The translations under genes and the position numbers were made by a program. From assembly GCA_003510435.1 (NCBI GenBank), contig DOMK01000001.1, positions 26,604 through 90,603 on the forward strand: a stretch of DNA of 64,000 nucleotides, written 5' to 3'. Positions 50,909 to 61,411 of the stretch are shown piece by piece. The notes below the pieces were generated by a model. That model was not told the origin of the DNA. It searched no databases and saw only the letters and a program-made list of their open reading frames with translations. The DNA is from Candidatus Magasanikiibacteriota bacterium. GTDB taxonomy: Bacteria > Patescibacteriota > Patescibacteriia > Magasanikbacterales > UBA922. Positions within the stretch are counted from its first letter, which is position 1. Every line of letters begins with the position of its first letter.

Positions 50909-51619
50909 TTAGTCAGCAATATTAATTTTTGTTGAACCACTACCGCCTATCGTAGCATTCAACAAGGGTCCAGAACACTGAGCCACTTTTGTTATAATAG
51001 TTGACACCCTATCACCAGCTTGCCATTCTGTTAACAACTGAGTCAGTAGTGAATTTTGTGAAAAAATACACACAGCATCTTTTCCATTAAAATTATTTTG
51101 TACATCAGCATTACCACTTTTTTCAAATTCACTTATTTGAGCTTCTGACATACCTGAAGCAATTAAATCATCTTTAGCTTCTTTATTATAACTCACTGTT
51201 ACATTGTTTGTTTTCATGTACAATATACATTTTCCCTTTACTGTATCTTTTATCTCATAATAATCAGTAAAATTATAATTAACACCAAACATATCAAGTG
51301 TGTATGAAATATTTGCTTTTGCTGGCAAACATGTTTTTGATAATTCTACCAAACATAACAAATCATTGGAACAATTTTTTATTTCATTAGCTTTAATTAC
51401 TTCAACTTTTGGTAAACTTGTTTCTTTAGTTTCTAATTCATCTACTAATGTTTTATTTGGATCCAACTCCTTTTGGTCGGTGGTTTCTCTTTTTTGAGTT
51501 TCTGTTGTAGTCTTCTGTATTTCTGTCTTTATATTATTATCTTTTGTTTGGAAACTGCAACCAACTCCCAAAAACAAAAAAGATAACAAGCATATTGAGA
51601 TATATTTGAATGATTTCAT
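50909..51619 (-). CDS. Putative lipoprotein/exported protein
   Basis: Signal-like N-terminus ending LGVGC; paired Cys. Confidence 0.6.
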   Translation of the reverse strand: MKSFKYISICLLSFLFLGVGCSFQTKDNNIKTEIQKTTTETQKRETTDQKELDPNKTLVDELETKETSLPKVEVIKANEIKNCSNDLLCLVELSKTCLPAKANISYTLDMFGVNYNFTDYYEIKDTVKGKCILYMKTNNVTVSYNKEAKDDLIASGMSEAQISEFEKSGNADVQNNFNGKDAVCIFSQNSLLTQLLTEWQAGDRVSTIITKVAQCSGPLLNATIGGSGSTKINIAD

Positions 51620-51724
51620 AACTTTTGTTTAATAATTAAATTTTAAATATAAAGCTATACACATATTGTACCACAATAAATAAAAAACTCCAGCCATAGC
51701 CAGAGTTTTTTAAAATACATGAAA

Positions 51725-51955
51725 TTACAACCCTAGAGCTTTATTAATTTTAGGTTTATCAAACCCAACAATAATTGTACCGTCAATATCAATCACTGGC
51801 ACCCCCATTTGGCCTGATTTTTTGATCATTTCTTGGGCTTTGTCTTGATCTTCACCCACATTATAATCCACAAACTCTACTTTATTATCTTTAAAATAAT
51901 CTTTGGCCATATGGCAGTATGGACAGCTGGGGGTAGAATAAACAGTTACGTTCAT
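51725..51955 (-). CDS. Glutaredoxin/NrdH-like redoxin
   Basis: CPYC, GQMGVPVI, VGFD. Confidence 0.92.
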   Translation of the reverse strand: MNVTVYSTPSCPYCHMAKDYFKDNKVEFVDYNVGEDQDKAQEMIKKSGQMGVPVIDIDGTIIVGFDKPKINKALGL

Positions 51956-52087
51956 ATTTTAATAAGTTAATTAAGTTAAACTAAATGAATAAGTACTTAC
52001 AATATAAGTTTATACTATTAAAAATTTAGTTCAATCTGTGGATAATTTATTATCAAAAATATTTATGTGTCAACGGTGGTTGGGTGG

Positions 52088-52852
52088 TCAAGTGATTTGT
52101 AACACTTCCATCACTACTTTTCTATAAGTACAATAATCACAGTCTTTGTTTGGATTGGGTAACTTATCACTTAATAAACATTTATGTGCTTCTATAATAG
52201 TTTTTTCTACCCATTCATCACTACCCTCATAAGGTATAAGTGTAATATCAAATTCGAGTTTACCGTCAAAAGCTTCTTTGTCAGTATCACCATTGCAATA
52301 CACAAAATAGCCAGTATTAGAGACTTTGTAGCCATTTTGGCGAAGTAGCCATTGATATACTTCCATTTGCCGTTTATAACCATCATGCCAGGTATTATTT
52401 AATTCGGTAATGGCTTCTTGTTTACTCGTAGCCTTATAATCCACCACAATATACTCATTATTAGAATTAATCCACAAGTCGTCAATGGCACCAGTAATTG
52501 TAATGCCAGTTTTTGGATGAACATATTGAATACCAGTAAAATTGTCGCGCCATTCATTTAATTTTTCATGAGGGGCAGGAATAGCATCAATACTATATTT
52601 TTCTTGGAGAGGATGTTGTTGATTTTTTGCACGATGAATATCAAATTCTTTTTTTAATAAAGTATCGACCGCTGAGTTTAGATTAAATGGAAAACCTGGT
52701 GGTCTTTTTACACCCAATTTATTATCAATATAAAAGCACCTGGGACACTCCACAAACAAATCAATTTTTGATCGGCTTAATTTCCAATTATTTTTTACCC
52801 CGGGAACAAAATTCCAGTTTTGTCCACGCGGGACTTTGTAATATTCTGACAT
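52088..52852 (-). CDS. PD-(D/E)XK (RecB/Cas4-like) nuclease
   Basis: LSRSK..CPRCF, GAIDD, VVDYK, QMEVY, CDYC. Confidence 0.85.
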   Translation of the reverse strand: MSEYYKVPRGQNWNFVPGVKNNWKLSRSKIDLFVECPRCFYIDNKLGVKRPPGFPFNLNSAVDTLLKKEFDIHRAKNQQHPLQEKYSIDAIPAPHEKLNEWRDNFTGIQYVHPKTGITITGAIDDLWINSNNEYIVVDYKATSKQEAITELNNTWHDGYKRQMEVYQWLLRQNGYKVSNTGYFVYCNGDTDKEAFDGKLEFDITLIPYEGSDEWVEKTIIEAHKCLLSDKLPNPNKDCDYCTYRKVVMEVLQIT

Positions 52853-53168
52853 AATATTTTATTATAAATAAATTATTTGTAAGATTAATGAGCATTGTAT
52901 ATGATTTTAATCAGTAATAATATTATTTGCTAAAATCCGTTATAATCTGCTTAATGTGCCGTTTTGTATAATTTAACAGCAGATTTGAACAGATTACAGC
53001 AGATTAAAACGGAAAATAAATATAATACTTGTCTTTTTGTAAAATATAAAAGTATAAACAACACCAATATATCTTACAAATTATGTCTTAAAATGATATA
53101 TAAAACACAGATCAGTAAAAATTAGTTTAATCAGTTAAATCAGCGTTCTATCTAACTTTATAAGTACT

Positions 53169-53699
53169 TTATATATCCAAACCCTTAATCCTTTTTCTTT
53201 TCTCTTTATGATCAGGGATTGTTTTGGCAACTAGATCCCAAAATTTTTTACTATGATTCATCTGTTCTAGATGACAAAGCTCGTGCACTACCACATAATC
53301 AACCAGTTCTAATGGCAAAAAAAATAATTTATAATTAAAATTCAGATGTTTTTTTGTAGAACAACTCCCCCATCTGGTTTTTTGCCGACGAATCACTACA
53401 TGATTGTATTTAAAATTATAAAATTCATTATAATATTTTAATCTCTCGGTAATTAACTTTTTTGCTCTCGCCTGACAAGAATGAAAACTTGGCAATACTG
53501 GTTTGTCTTTTTTAATTTTACTTTTTGTCTTGGCTAATTGTTCAGTAATCCAGGCTTGTTTATTTTTAACAAAATCTTCTATAGTTTTTTTTGCTACCCA
53601 AGCTGGGCTAGTGACTACCACTTTTCCATCGGCATGAACTAAAATTTTTATAGAACGAGATCTTTTGAATTTTTTAAGTGTATACTCAAATTGGGACAT
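53169..53699 (-). CDS. YgjP/M48-like zinc metallopeptidase family
   Basis: RWGSCS, YVVVHELCHL..NHSKKFW. Confidence 0.88.
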   Translation of the reverse strand: MSQFEYTLKKFKRSRSIKILVHADGKVVVTSPAWVAKKTIEDFVKNKQAWITEQLAKTKSKIKKDKPVLPSFHSCQARAKKLITERLKYYNEFYNFKYNHVVIRRQKTRWGSCSTKKHLNFNYKLFFLPLELVDYVVVHELCHLEQMNHSKKFWDLVAKTIPDHKEKRKRIKGLDI

Positions 53700-53709
53700 A
53701 TTTTATTGT

Positions 53710-53845
53710 TCCTCCCCTATAAGGGGAGGCGGACACGAAGTGCCAGTGGGGTCGTTTGACTCTCCAAATTCTCACTTGTTATTCTGAATTAAAATGTTTT
53801 GTGACACGAATGACCCCCTCCTACCTCCCCCTCATAGGGGGAGAG
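53710..53845. repeat. CCTCCCC-GGGGAG type REP-like doublet
   Basis: cctcccctataaggggagg...gaccccctcctacctccccctcatagggggag; right arm matches 25815-25847; supplies the stop of the upstream gene. Confidence 0.75.
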
Positions 53846-55082
53846 CTAATGAATTTCCCGCTGTATACCCAGTACCCCAAGCGACGGTTAGATTATAACC
53901 CCCAGTAATACCATCAATATCCAAAATCTCTCCGGCAAAGTATAAATTATCTATTAATTTTGATTGCATAGTCTTCGGATCAATTTCTTTTAAATCAACC
54001 CCGCCACTCGTGACAATGGCTTGCTCAAATCCCATATCCCCCACCACTGTTAATTTTAAATCATGTAAAATTTCTAGTATTTTTTTTCTTTCTTCCTTGC
54101 TAATACTGTTAGCTAATTTTTCTGGATAAATATCGGCCAAGTCCAACATAATGCCAACAAATTTACTTGGTAGAAAATTATCCCAAATATTTTTAATAGT
54201 TTTTTTACCATTATCATGAAAGATTTTTTGTAAAAATAAATCTAATTGTTTTTCATTTTGTTTGGGTTTAAAATTTATTCTTAATTCTACATTGCCATTT
54301 TTTCTGGCAGTAATAACCTGCTTACTCAAATTCAAAATCATCGGACCACTAATACCAAAATGAGTAAATAAAATATCACCAATTTTTTTAGTAATTTTCT
54401 TATTATTTTGATAAAGACTGACTTCTATATCACTAAAACTTAAACCTTGTAAATCTTTTACAAAAGTTTCTTTTATTTTTAATGGTACAAGCGACGGAAT
54501 GGTTGGTGTAATCGTATGACCAAGATTTTTGGCAAATTTAAATCCATCACCAGTCGAGCCAGTACCAGGATAAGATAATCCCCCAGTAGCAATTAACAAA
54601 TTGGTTGTATTAAATAATTCTCCATTTTCAAGTTCAACGCCAGTAATATTAGTTTTGTCTTTAAAAATATTTTTTACTTGAGCTAAAGTTTTAATTTCTA
54701 CTTTATTATTTTTTAAATATTTTATTAGAGAATTAACAATCTCTTGGGACGAATCACTCCTAGGAAAAACCCGTCTATCATCTTCAATTTTTAATTTAAC
54801 ACCCAAATTTTCAAAGAAATTCATAATTTCCTGTGGAGGAAAATTGTTTAGAGCAGAAAATAAAAAAGCGCCATTATCACCATAGGCTTTGATTAGTTCT
54901 CTAATATTTGATTCATCGTGAGTCAGGTTGCAACGCGTATGTCCAGAAATCAAAATTTTTCTGCCTAATTCTTTATTTTTTTCCAATAACAAAACTTTGG
55001 CTCCGCGTTCACTGGCTATACCAGCCGCCACCATACCAGCTGCGCCACCACCGATGACGATTAGATCATATTGATTTTTCAT
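53832..55082 (-). CDS. HI0933/YhiN family flavoprotein
   Basis: IGGGAAG, GRKILISG..RCN, TGGLSYP.TGSTGDG, FTHFGISGP, GGYNL. Confidence 0.92.
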   Translation of the reverse strand: MKNQYDLIVIGGGAAGMVAAGIASERGAKVLLLEKNKELGRKILISGHTRCNLTHDESNIRELIKAYGDNGAFLFSALNNFPPQEIMNFFENLGVKLKIEDDRRVFPRSDSSQEIVNSLIKYLKNNKVEIKTLAQVKNIFKDKTNITGVELENGELFNTTNLLIATGGLSYPGTGSTGDGFKFAKNLGHTITPTIPSLVPLKIKETFVKDLQGLSFSDIEVSLYQNNKKITKKIGDILFTHFGISGPMILNLSKQVITARKNGNVELRINFKPKQNEKQLDLFLQKIFHDNGKKTIKNIWDNFLPSKFVGIMLDLADIYPEKLANSISKEERKKILEILHDLKLTVVGDMGFEQAIVTSGGVDLKEIDPKTMQSKLIDNLYFAGEILDIDGITGGYNLTVAWGTGYTAGNSLALPL

Positions 55083-55107
55083 ACACATGTGTCATCCTGA
55101 ATAATAA

Positions 55108-55635
55108 TTATATATTCCTACTATCATACGCCCAATGCAGTAAAGCTTGACGTTGTTTTCTTCGACACGAAGTATCTCTTGGTCGACAATTTTTCTTTAT
55201 AGCGCCAACATGACGAGCAATCGCTTTCCAACGTTTAATTTGCCTGTCATCTTCACCAGGAATTCTCCGCCCTAAATAATACCGACAATACCACTGAAAC
55301 CAACCATGGGGATCATCTTTATAAATCCAACCTTTCTTTTGCCAAACAGATAATGGCTGACTAGCAGATACACCAAAATAATTTAATTCACCATGCTTTT
55401 CTTGATCTGGAGATAATTTTATAATCTTAAACCAAGATTTTGGCAAATCTTTGGGAATTAAACCTTTGGCACCAATAAAATAAGCTCCACCAAACACACC
55501 CAACTTTAACATTTCAGCTGGCGTTAGATTTGGCCTAAAATCAGGGTGAAATTTTTTCCCCGCTGACGTAATTATTTGATATTTATAATTCTTTTGAAAG
55601 TTGTCAGAATATACTACAGTCTTCATATTACTCAA
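55108..55635 (-). CDS. Conserved hypothetical protein
   Basis: PNLTPAEML..GVFGG, DPHGWFQWYCRYYLGRR. Confidence 0.7.
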   Translation of the reverse strand: MSNMKTVVYSDNFQKNYKYQIITSAGKKFHPDFRPNLTPAEMLKLGVFGGAYFIGAKGLIPKDLPKSWFKIIKLSPDQEKHGELNYFGVSASQPLSVWQKKGWIYKDDPHGWFQWYCRYYLGRRIPGEDDRQIKRWKAIARHVGAIKKNCRPRDTSCRRKQRQALLHWAYDSRNI

Positions 55636-56629
55636 AAAATACTGGGATTTCTAAAGCATCATCATTTTGTGGCAAACCAGATGGATTATCTTTCTTTAAT
55701 ATTAAAGCACCACGATTGGAAACAGTTGTGTCAGCTGTGAAATTTAGTGTGGCTTTGAACGGTACAAATTCCGTTGTCATCCAACCTGCCCCGTCAGTAT
55801 CGTCGGGGTCAAGTTGAGCTTGAGCAACACCTTCGGCAATAATCAATCCGTCCCAATTGGTCAAAACTATTGGAAAACTTGCTTCGAAAAACCATGTTCC
55901 TCGCGCTTGACCAGTAATTTCTAATGGTGAAGAAATAAAAGAAGCTGGCTTTGGTGAAGTTAATTCAATTGTCTCTTTTTTATAATTTAATTCTTTTAAA
56001 ATTCCTTCTTCAAAAACAAAATACCTTTGTCTTTCTAATGTCGGTTCATCAGTCATAGCTTGTCCATCAGCATGATCTTTATAATTTACAATAATTATGC
56101 CTTGTCGAAACTCAATATCTTTTGGTAAAATTCTATCTCCCAAAAAAATCGCATTATAACCATAATAAGTGCTAGAAGCTTGTAAAGCAATGGAAACATA
56201 ATAAAATGTACCGCTTCCACCATCATTTTGAGTCAAAATAACTACAGCATCATCAAGATTATTATCATCCAAATCTCCTAATTCACTAGCAGAGAGTAAT
56301 TCTGTTATATTTTTACTTTTTTCTCCTGGCAATATTTCTTGTTCAAATTTATCTTCTACCATTTTGCCATCTACGAGAGTAATAATTTCATTTTCAATCG
56401 TATAAGTGGCATTTTTAACTCCGTCTAACATATTAAAACTGGGCTTTTCATTTTTTTGGGTCAAACAGATTTCATCGGGCATAGGTTCACTGGGGTGGCC
56501 ATGCTGTATCCACTGGCCATTTTCACACAACCAAGCATCTTCGTCTCCACCAACAAAAAATCTTAGACCAACTATAACTAATAAAAAAATTGCTATAATT
56601 GTTAGAAAAATATAAATTACTTTATTCAT
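55628..56629 (-). CDS. Membrane-anchored protein with a Gmad2-like Ig domain
   Basis: WLCENGQW..HG.P; C-terminal GQARGTWFFEASFP...KDNPSGLP. Confidence 0.7.
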   Translation of the reverse strand: MNKVIYIFLTIIAIFLLVIVGLRFFVGGDEDAWLCENGQWIQHGHPSEPMPDEICLTQKNEKPSFNMLDGVKNATYTIENEIITLVDGKMVEDKFEQEILPGEKSKNITELLSASELGDLDDNNLDDAVVILTQNDGGSGTFYYVSIALQASSTYYGYNAIFLGDRILPKDIEFRQGIIIVNYKDHADGQAMTDEPTLERQRYFVFEEGILKELNYKKETIELTSPKPASFISSPLEITGQARGTWFFEASFPIVLTNWDGLIIAEGVAQAQLDPDDTDGAGWMTTEFVPFKATLNFTADTTVSNRGALILKKDNPSGLPQNDDALEIPVFFE

Positions 56630-56642
56630 AAAATTTTTTAGA

Positions 56643-57311
56643 CTAGTCCCAGCTCAAACGACTATCGCCTGTGATAGGAATAACTTCACCTAAAAATTTA
56701 GGCTTAGTATTAAATAAAATAGAAAAAAATGCTTTTATCCTGGCCAGTGATTCTCTAAATTCCAATCTGGCCTCACCTTTATAAATTTGTTTATCTGCGG
56801 AAAAACCTTTAGCATTCAAACCAAGATTTTTTGCCATATATAATGCCCGGGGTAAATGAAATCTCTGGGTCACAATTATCACAGATTCAACTTGAAAAAT
56901 ATCCCTAGCCCGATAAATACTATCATAAGTATCAAAACCAGCATGATCTAAAAAAATATCTTCGGCTAGCACACCATTATCAAGAAAATATTTTTTCATG
57001 GCATTGACCTCGTCATACTCTGTGGTACCATGGTCACCACTCACCAAAATCTTTTGTACTTTTTTATTTTGATATAGTTCCAAAGCAGTTTTTGCTCGGT
57101 CGCCTAGAATAGCACTGAGACTGCCATTGTTATTCACTTTAGCACCTAATACTAAAGCCGTTTGAAACTGCCCGACTTGGTCTATATCAATGGCATACTC
57201 ATCTTGAAAAGTGGAAGCGACAATATAATAATTTACACTTGCGTAAAACAAAAACAAAGCCACACACCCGATTAAAAAGAGAATAATTATTTTTGAAAGT
57301 TTTGTTAACAT
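56643..57311 (-). CDS. SanA/YdcF (DUF218) family protein
   Basis: LVLGA, LVSGD, DHAGFDTYDS, TQRFHLPRA. Confidence 0.88.
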   Translation of the reverse strand: MLTKLSKIIILFLIGCVALFLFYASVNYYIVASTFQDEYAIDIDQVGQFQTALVLGAKVNNNGSLSAILGDRAKTALELYQNKKVQKILVSGDHGTTEYDEVNAMKKYFLDNGVLAEDIFLDHAGFDTYDSIYRARDIFQVESVIIVTQRFHLPRALYMAKNLGLNAKGFSADKQIYKGEARLEFRESLARIKAFFSILFNTKPKFLGEVIPITGDSRLSWD

Positions 57312-57631
57312 AAATTTATTTTTTTTGTCTTTTTCTTTGATTTTCCTTTTTTCTCCCAACACGACCCTGTCTCTAGCTCTTTTTTAAATTCTACCATCCT
57401 CTTATCAAAATAATATTCAACATCATTTATTCCTAATCTTTTGGCAATAACAAATGTTCCAATAAGTAAGTTAGCTAAACGTTTACCAACTTCGTCTTTA
57501 TCTTTTTTCCAAGAAGCTATCCATAATTTAGTAATTGATTCTTGAATACCCAACAAATCATAGTCTTTACTAGGAGATGTTAGTAATTCTAATTTTTTAA
57601 CAATTTTGTAAGCTTCATTTAATGTGGTCAT
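57305..57631 (-). CDS. Hypothetical helical protein (weak MazG-like appearance)
   Basis: Start moved past the typA terminator; acidic MazG motif not evident. Confidence 0.45.
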   Translation of the reverse strand: MTTLNEAYKIVKKLELLTSPSKDYDLLGIQESITKLWIASWKKDKDEVGKRLANLLIGTFVIAKRLGINDVEYYFDKRMVEFKKELETGSCWEKKGKSKKKTKKINLC

Positions 57632-57671
57632 ATATATTAACTTATTAAAAATAAACAAGTTTATTATAACA

Positions 57672-57695
57672 AAAATCGCCAGGTTTGGCGATTTT
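57672..57695 (-). terminator. Hairpin after typA
   Basis: aaaatcgcca-ggtt-tggcgatttt. Confidence 0.65.
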
Positions 57696-57701
57696 ATGAT
57701 G

Positions 57702-59498
57702 TTATTGCTTAGCTTCTTTTCTCGCATTCCTGATTCTATCATTATCAGTCAAAAGTTGCTTGCGCATTCTCACACTTTTTGGCGTAATTTCCAAATATTC
57801 ATCTTCAGCCATAATCTCCATACCACGCTCTAGAGTCAATTCTATTGGTGGAGTCAATTGAATGGCCATATCAGCGGTAGAAGCTCTCATATTGGTCAAA
57901 TGCTTGCCTTTAATAGGGTTTACAGTCATATCTTGGCCTTTGGCAGTATTGCCAATTACCTGGCCTTCATAGACCTCTACATTTGGTCCCACAAACAAAG
58001 TCCCACGATCTTGTAAATTGGCTAGAGAATAGGATAATACTTTACCAGTCTCGCCAGAAATCATAGAACCAACATCGCGCTTTTCAATTTCACCCACATA
58101 TGGTTTAAATCCAATCATTTCACTGCACAGAATGCCTTCACCCCGAGTATCAACAATGAATTCATTGCGATAACCCAGTAGACCACGAGTTGGAATTTCA
58201 TAAATCAAACGGGTATGATTTTGTTCTGGCTTCATGGCAATCATTTGACCTTTTCTTTTGGACATTTTTTCAATTACCACTCCGGCAGATTCCTGAGGTA
58301 TATCAATGGTCACTTCTTCAAATGGTTCACACTTTACCGCATCCACGTCTTTGATAATAACTTGAGGTTGGGAGACTTGAATTTCAAAACCTTCACGACG
58401 CATATTTTCCAAAAGAACGGCAATATGCAATTCGCCTCGGCCATTAACTTTGTAATATTCTACTGGCGTAAAATCAACTTTCAATCCCACATTGACTTCC
58501 AATTCTTTTTCTAGTCTTTCTTTTATTTGTCTACTTGTCACATACTTCCCTTCTTTACCGGCAAAGGGAGAATTATTAACTAAAAAATTTAGTGAGATAG
58601 TTGGTTCATCAATTTTAATGGCGGGCAAAAGCGCTTCATCTTTATTAGCACAAATGGTGTCCCCAATATAAATATCAGGGAGCCCAGCGATCATAACAAT
58701 ATCACCAGCCGTCGCTTCGGTCACTTCTTTTCTAGTAAGACCTTCAAACGTGATCAATTGGTTAATCTGTCCGGAAATAATTTCTCCGGTTTGTTTTTTT
58801 ATAAAAACTCTATCACCATTTTTCATTGTCCCTTTATATATTCGGCCAATACCCATACGACCAAGATAATTATCATAAGCCAAATTGAATGGTTGCATAG
58901 TGAAAGGCAGAGTGGTATCAGCTAAGACGGCTGGTACTTTGGCAAGAATTGTATCCAAGAGCGGAGACAAATTATCAGATTCATCTGTTAGATTAATTTT
59001 GGCAATCCCCTGCTTGGCAATCGCAAACACGGTCGCAAAATTTAATTGTTCATCGGTCGCACCAAGATCCATAAATAATTCCAAAACTTTGTCATGAGTC
59101 CATTCTGGTCTGGCCGCTGGTTTATCAATTTTATTAATCACCACAATTGGCTTTAAACCAAGTTCCAAAGATTTTTTCAAAACAAATTTTGTTTGTGGCA
59201 TTGGCCCCTCCTGAGCATCGACGACTAATAAAACTGAATCAATTGAGCGTAAAACCCGTTCGACTTCTGAACCAAAATCAGCATGGCCGGGAGTATCTAC
59301 GATATTGATTTTTGTCCCTTTATAAAATACTGAGGTATTTTTTGAATAAATAGTAATGCCCCGTTCCATTTCCAAAGCATTGGAATCCATACTAACACTA
59401 TCATCTGTCACCATACCAGTTTGACGCATCAAAGCATCGGTCAATTTGGTTTTGCCGTGGTCTACGTGAGCAATAATTGCAATATTTCTAACTTCCAC
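57702..59498 (-). CDS. typA: Translational GTPase TypA/BipA
   Basis: [39 protein letters not shown]. Confidence 0.97.
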   Translation of the reverse strand: MEVRNIAIIAHVDHGKTKLTDALMRQTGMVTDDSVSMDSNALEMERGITIYSKNTSVFYKGTKINIVDTPGHADFGSEVERVLRSIDSVLLVVDAQEGPMPQTKFVLKKSLELGLKPIVVINKIDKPAARPEWTHDKVLELFMDLGATDEQLNFATVFAIAKQGIAKINLTDESDNLSPLLDTILAKVPAVLADTTLPFTMQPFNLAYDNYLGRMGIGRIYKGTMKNGDRVFIKKQTGEIISGQINQLITFEGLTRKEVTEATAGDIVMIAGLPDIYIGDTICANKDEALLPAIKIDEPTISLNFLVNNSPFAGKEGKYVTSRQIKERLEKELEVNVGLKVDFTPVEYYKVNGRGELHIAVLLENMRREGFEIQVSQPQVIIKDVDAVKCEPFEEVTIDIPQESAGVVIEKMSKRKGQMIAMKPEQNHTRLIYEIPTRGLLGYRNEFIVDTRGEGILCSEMIGFKPYVGEIEKRDVGSMISGETGKVLSYSLANLQDRGTLFVGPNVEVYEGQVIGNTAKGQDMTVNPIKGKHLTNMRASTADMAIQLTPPIELTLERGMEIMAEDEYLEITPKSVRMRKQLLTDNDRIRNARKEAKQ

Positions 59499-59536
59499 AA
59501 ATTTTTAGTTAACTAGTAAATTTCTAGAATTGCCTA

Positions 59537-59565
59537 ATTATAGCGAAAAATTTGTAATATGTCAA
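59537..59565 (-). promoter_or_regulatory. Consensus sigma70 promoter of typA
   Basis: TTGACA-17-TATAAT. Confidence 0.75.
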
Positions 59566-59635
59566 GTTGTGAAACAAAAACCGCCTGTTAAGACGGTTTT
59601 ATTATATTTAGTCGGTTAAAAATAGATACTAAACT

Positions 59636-60583
59636 TTAAAATTTTGTAGGTACAGCTGGTGTATTTTTGTATAATTCTGGATCAATTGTTCTTTCAAAAC
59701 ACACTCTACCCTTATCATGGCTCCAGTTTTGTTGGTAATTATCATAAGGTGAATAATAAGTAGGTTCTCGATTCACCAAACTGTCAGTCAAATTTGAACC
59801 AGCAAAATTAGCGCACAAATTGAATGATAATGGACTAATTATATTATACTCATAAGCAATCTGAGTATTTGGGTCAGTTGGTACCATAAATCCAGAGATA
59901 TTGTCTTGTAAGTCTGCCAATTTTGTTGGCAAAGCATTTTTCTTGGTCCAGTAATCAACGACTTGACTTTGCATTACTTGCAAATCATTTAGCCTTTGGT
60001 CATCAAACCGACGATTGCGTTGTTCACTTGGGGTACCAACAATAAAAAATCCCAAGACCACACTACCTAAAACCAAAACTCCAGACACAATAGCCAAAAT
60101 TCTCAACACTTTAGTTTTTTGTTCTTCTCTTTTTAGATCCCATAGATAATAACCAAAAACCGCTCCGGCTACCACTAATACGACTAAAACTTTTAAGAAA
60201 AATCTAGTACTCAATTCTCCATTTAGAAAATTATAAACAAAAGTCATGAGGTCTATAATAATCGTAATGGCCGACACAAACAAAGTAAAGTAAGTGAGCC
60301 ACTTGCGTAATTTCAAATCTCGTTTGGCTGGAATGCTAATCAAATCTTTTTCCAAAAACCAAGTTGTCAATAGATAAGCGGGAAAAGCAATCAAAAGAAC
60401 CGATGATGACCAACGCACCCCATTGGCAATGTTCATAAAATAATAATCTAGCGAATCTGGAAATGAGGCATTGATATATTGGATGAACAAAGTGATAAAA
60501 CCAATCACACTAAGATAAAATGTGACAATATTGAAAAGATGTAAAAAAACATCCTTTGGTGTGCTTTTTATGTGATTTTCCAT
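59636..60583 (-). CDS. DUF5671-like membrane protein; start moved to 60583
   Basis: PKDVFLHL, RKWLTYFTLF, D.QRLNDL, DPNT..YEY, LCANF. Confidence 0.7.
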   Translation of the reverse strand: MENHIKSTPKDVFLHLFNIVTFYLSVIGFITLFIQYINASFPDSLDYYFMNIANGVRWSSSVLLIAFPAYLLTTWFLEKDLISIPAKRDLKLRKWLTYFTLFVSAITIIIDLMTFVYNFLNGELSTRFFLKVLVVLVVAGAVFGYYLWDLKREEQKTKVLRILAIVSGVLVLGSVVLGFFIVGTPSEQRNRRFDDQRLNDLQVMQSQVVDYWTKKNALPTKLADLQDNISGFMVPTDPNTQIAYEYNIISPLSFNLCANFAGSNLTDSLVNREPTYYSPYDNYQQNWSHDKGRVCFERTIDPELYKNTPAVPTKF

Positions 60584-60620
60584 ATTAAATAAATTAATAC
60601 TAATTAAATTTTTATTTGTA

Positions 60621-60713
60621 TAGAACACAAATTTTACAAATTGGACAAATTTACTCAAATCTAACTAATATAATTTGTGAAGATTTGTGATAATTTAGGT
60701 AATTTGAGTTCTA
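60621..60713. repeat. Nonamer-period palindromic element (acaaat-type)
   Basis: tagaacacaaattttacaaattggacaaat / atttgtgaagatttgtgataatttaggtaatttgagttcta. Confidence 0.7.
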
Positions 60714-60787
60714 TTTGAACATGGTTATTATACCACAAAGTTAGACTTTTAAATATTTTGTCAATGGCGTTGATTTTTAAAAAAACA

Positions 60788-60850
60788 AAAACCATCCTAC
60801 TCCCACGCAAATCTAAAATAATTTTAAACTTACGCGGACGGATGGCTTTT
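60788..60850 (-). terminator. Long two-tier hairpin ending in a U-run
   Basis: aaaaccatcc...ggatggctttt enclosing an inner stem of about 17 bp. Confidence 0.55.
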
Positions 60851-60898
60851 GAGTGGGAAAAAGAGCTATTGGAGAAAAACCAACCGTCAGCGGGTGAA

Positions 60899-61348
60899 TC
60901 ACCAGGAGCCGTGATACCTGCTGTCCGACTCCTGGGACACCTTGATGACCTGTTGTCGACTGATGACGACGAGCTGGAACATGTGGTGGCAGTTCGGACA
61001 CCTGATCGGCCCCGTGGTCGCGTTCGATAGCAACGAGACCTTCCTGCCACAGTCCTCGTGGGGGCACTGGACGCTGGCTTGCCCCGCGTGGATCTGCATG
61101 TCAGGAAGAGCCTTGGGCTTGGGCGTCGTGTCGGTCTTCTTGGACGCGGACGACAACGACTGGCAGTTGGGGCACAGCCCGTTGTGCTTGGTCGTGAGAC
61201 CGTTGCACTGAGGGCAACGCTCCATCTGCCCATCCTTGGTGCCGACGGCGTTGCACCGCTGGCACCAGTACTGATCGCCATGGTGCGGGTGAGGCACCAT
61301 GTGGTGGGGCTTGGCCCCTTTACACCCTTTCCAGAGACCCTTCTTCAT
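60899..61348 (-). CDS. GC-rich orphan multi-CxxC (zinc ribbon-like) protein
   Basis: CQRC, CPQC, CPNC, CPHEDC, CPNC; TTGACA promoter-like sequence upstream. Confidence 0.6.
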   Translation of the reverse strand: MKKGLWKGCKGAKPHHMVPHPHHGDQYWCQRCNAVGTKDGQMERCPQCNGLTTKHNGLCPNCQSLSSASKKTDTTPKPKALPDMQIHAGQASVQCPHEDCGRKVSLLSNATTGPIRCPNCHHMFQLVVISRQQVIKVSQESDSRYHGSW

Positions 61349-61411
61349 CGAAACACCACTTGGTTGAATTCTCCAATAGAAATTTAATCATTTCTACTTA
61401 AAAATGTCAAT

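Noticed and set aside
52088-52852. Cas4-like nuclease as evidence of CRISPR-Cas
   Set aside because: No repeat-spacer array or other cas genes seen; solitary PD-(D/E)XK nucleases are common.
60661-61387. Overlapping alternative ORFs in the GC-rich patch
   Set aside because: Expected from low stop density; only 60899-61348 shows a coherent CxxC pattern with promoter and terminator.
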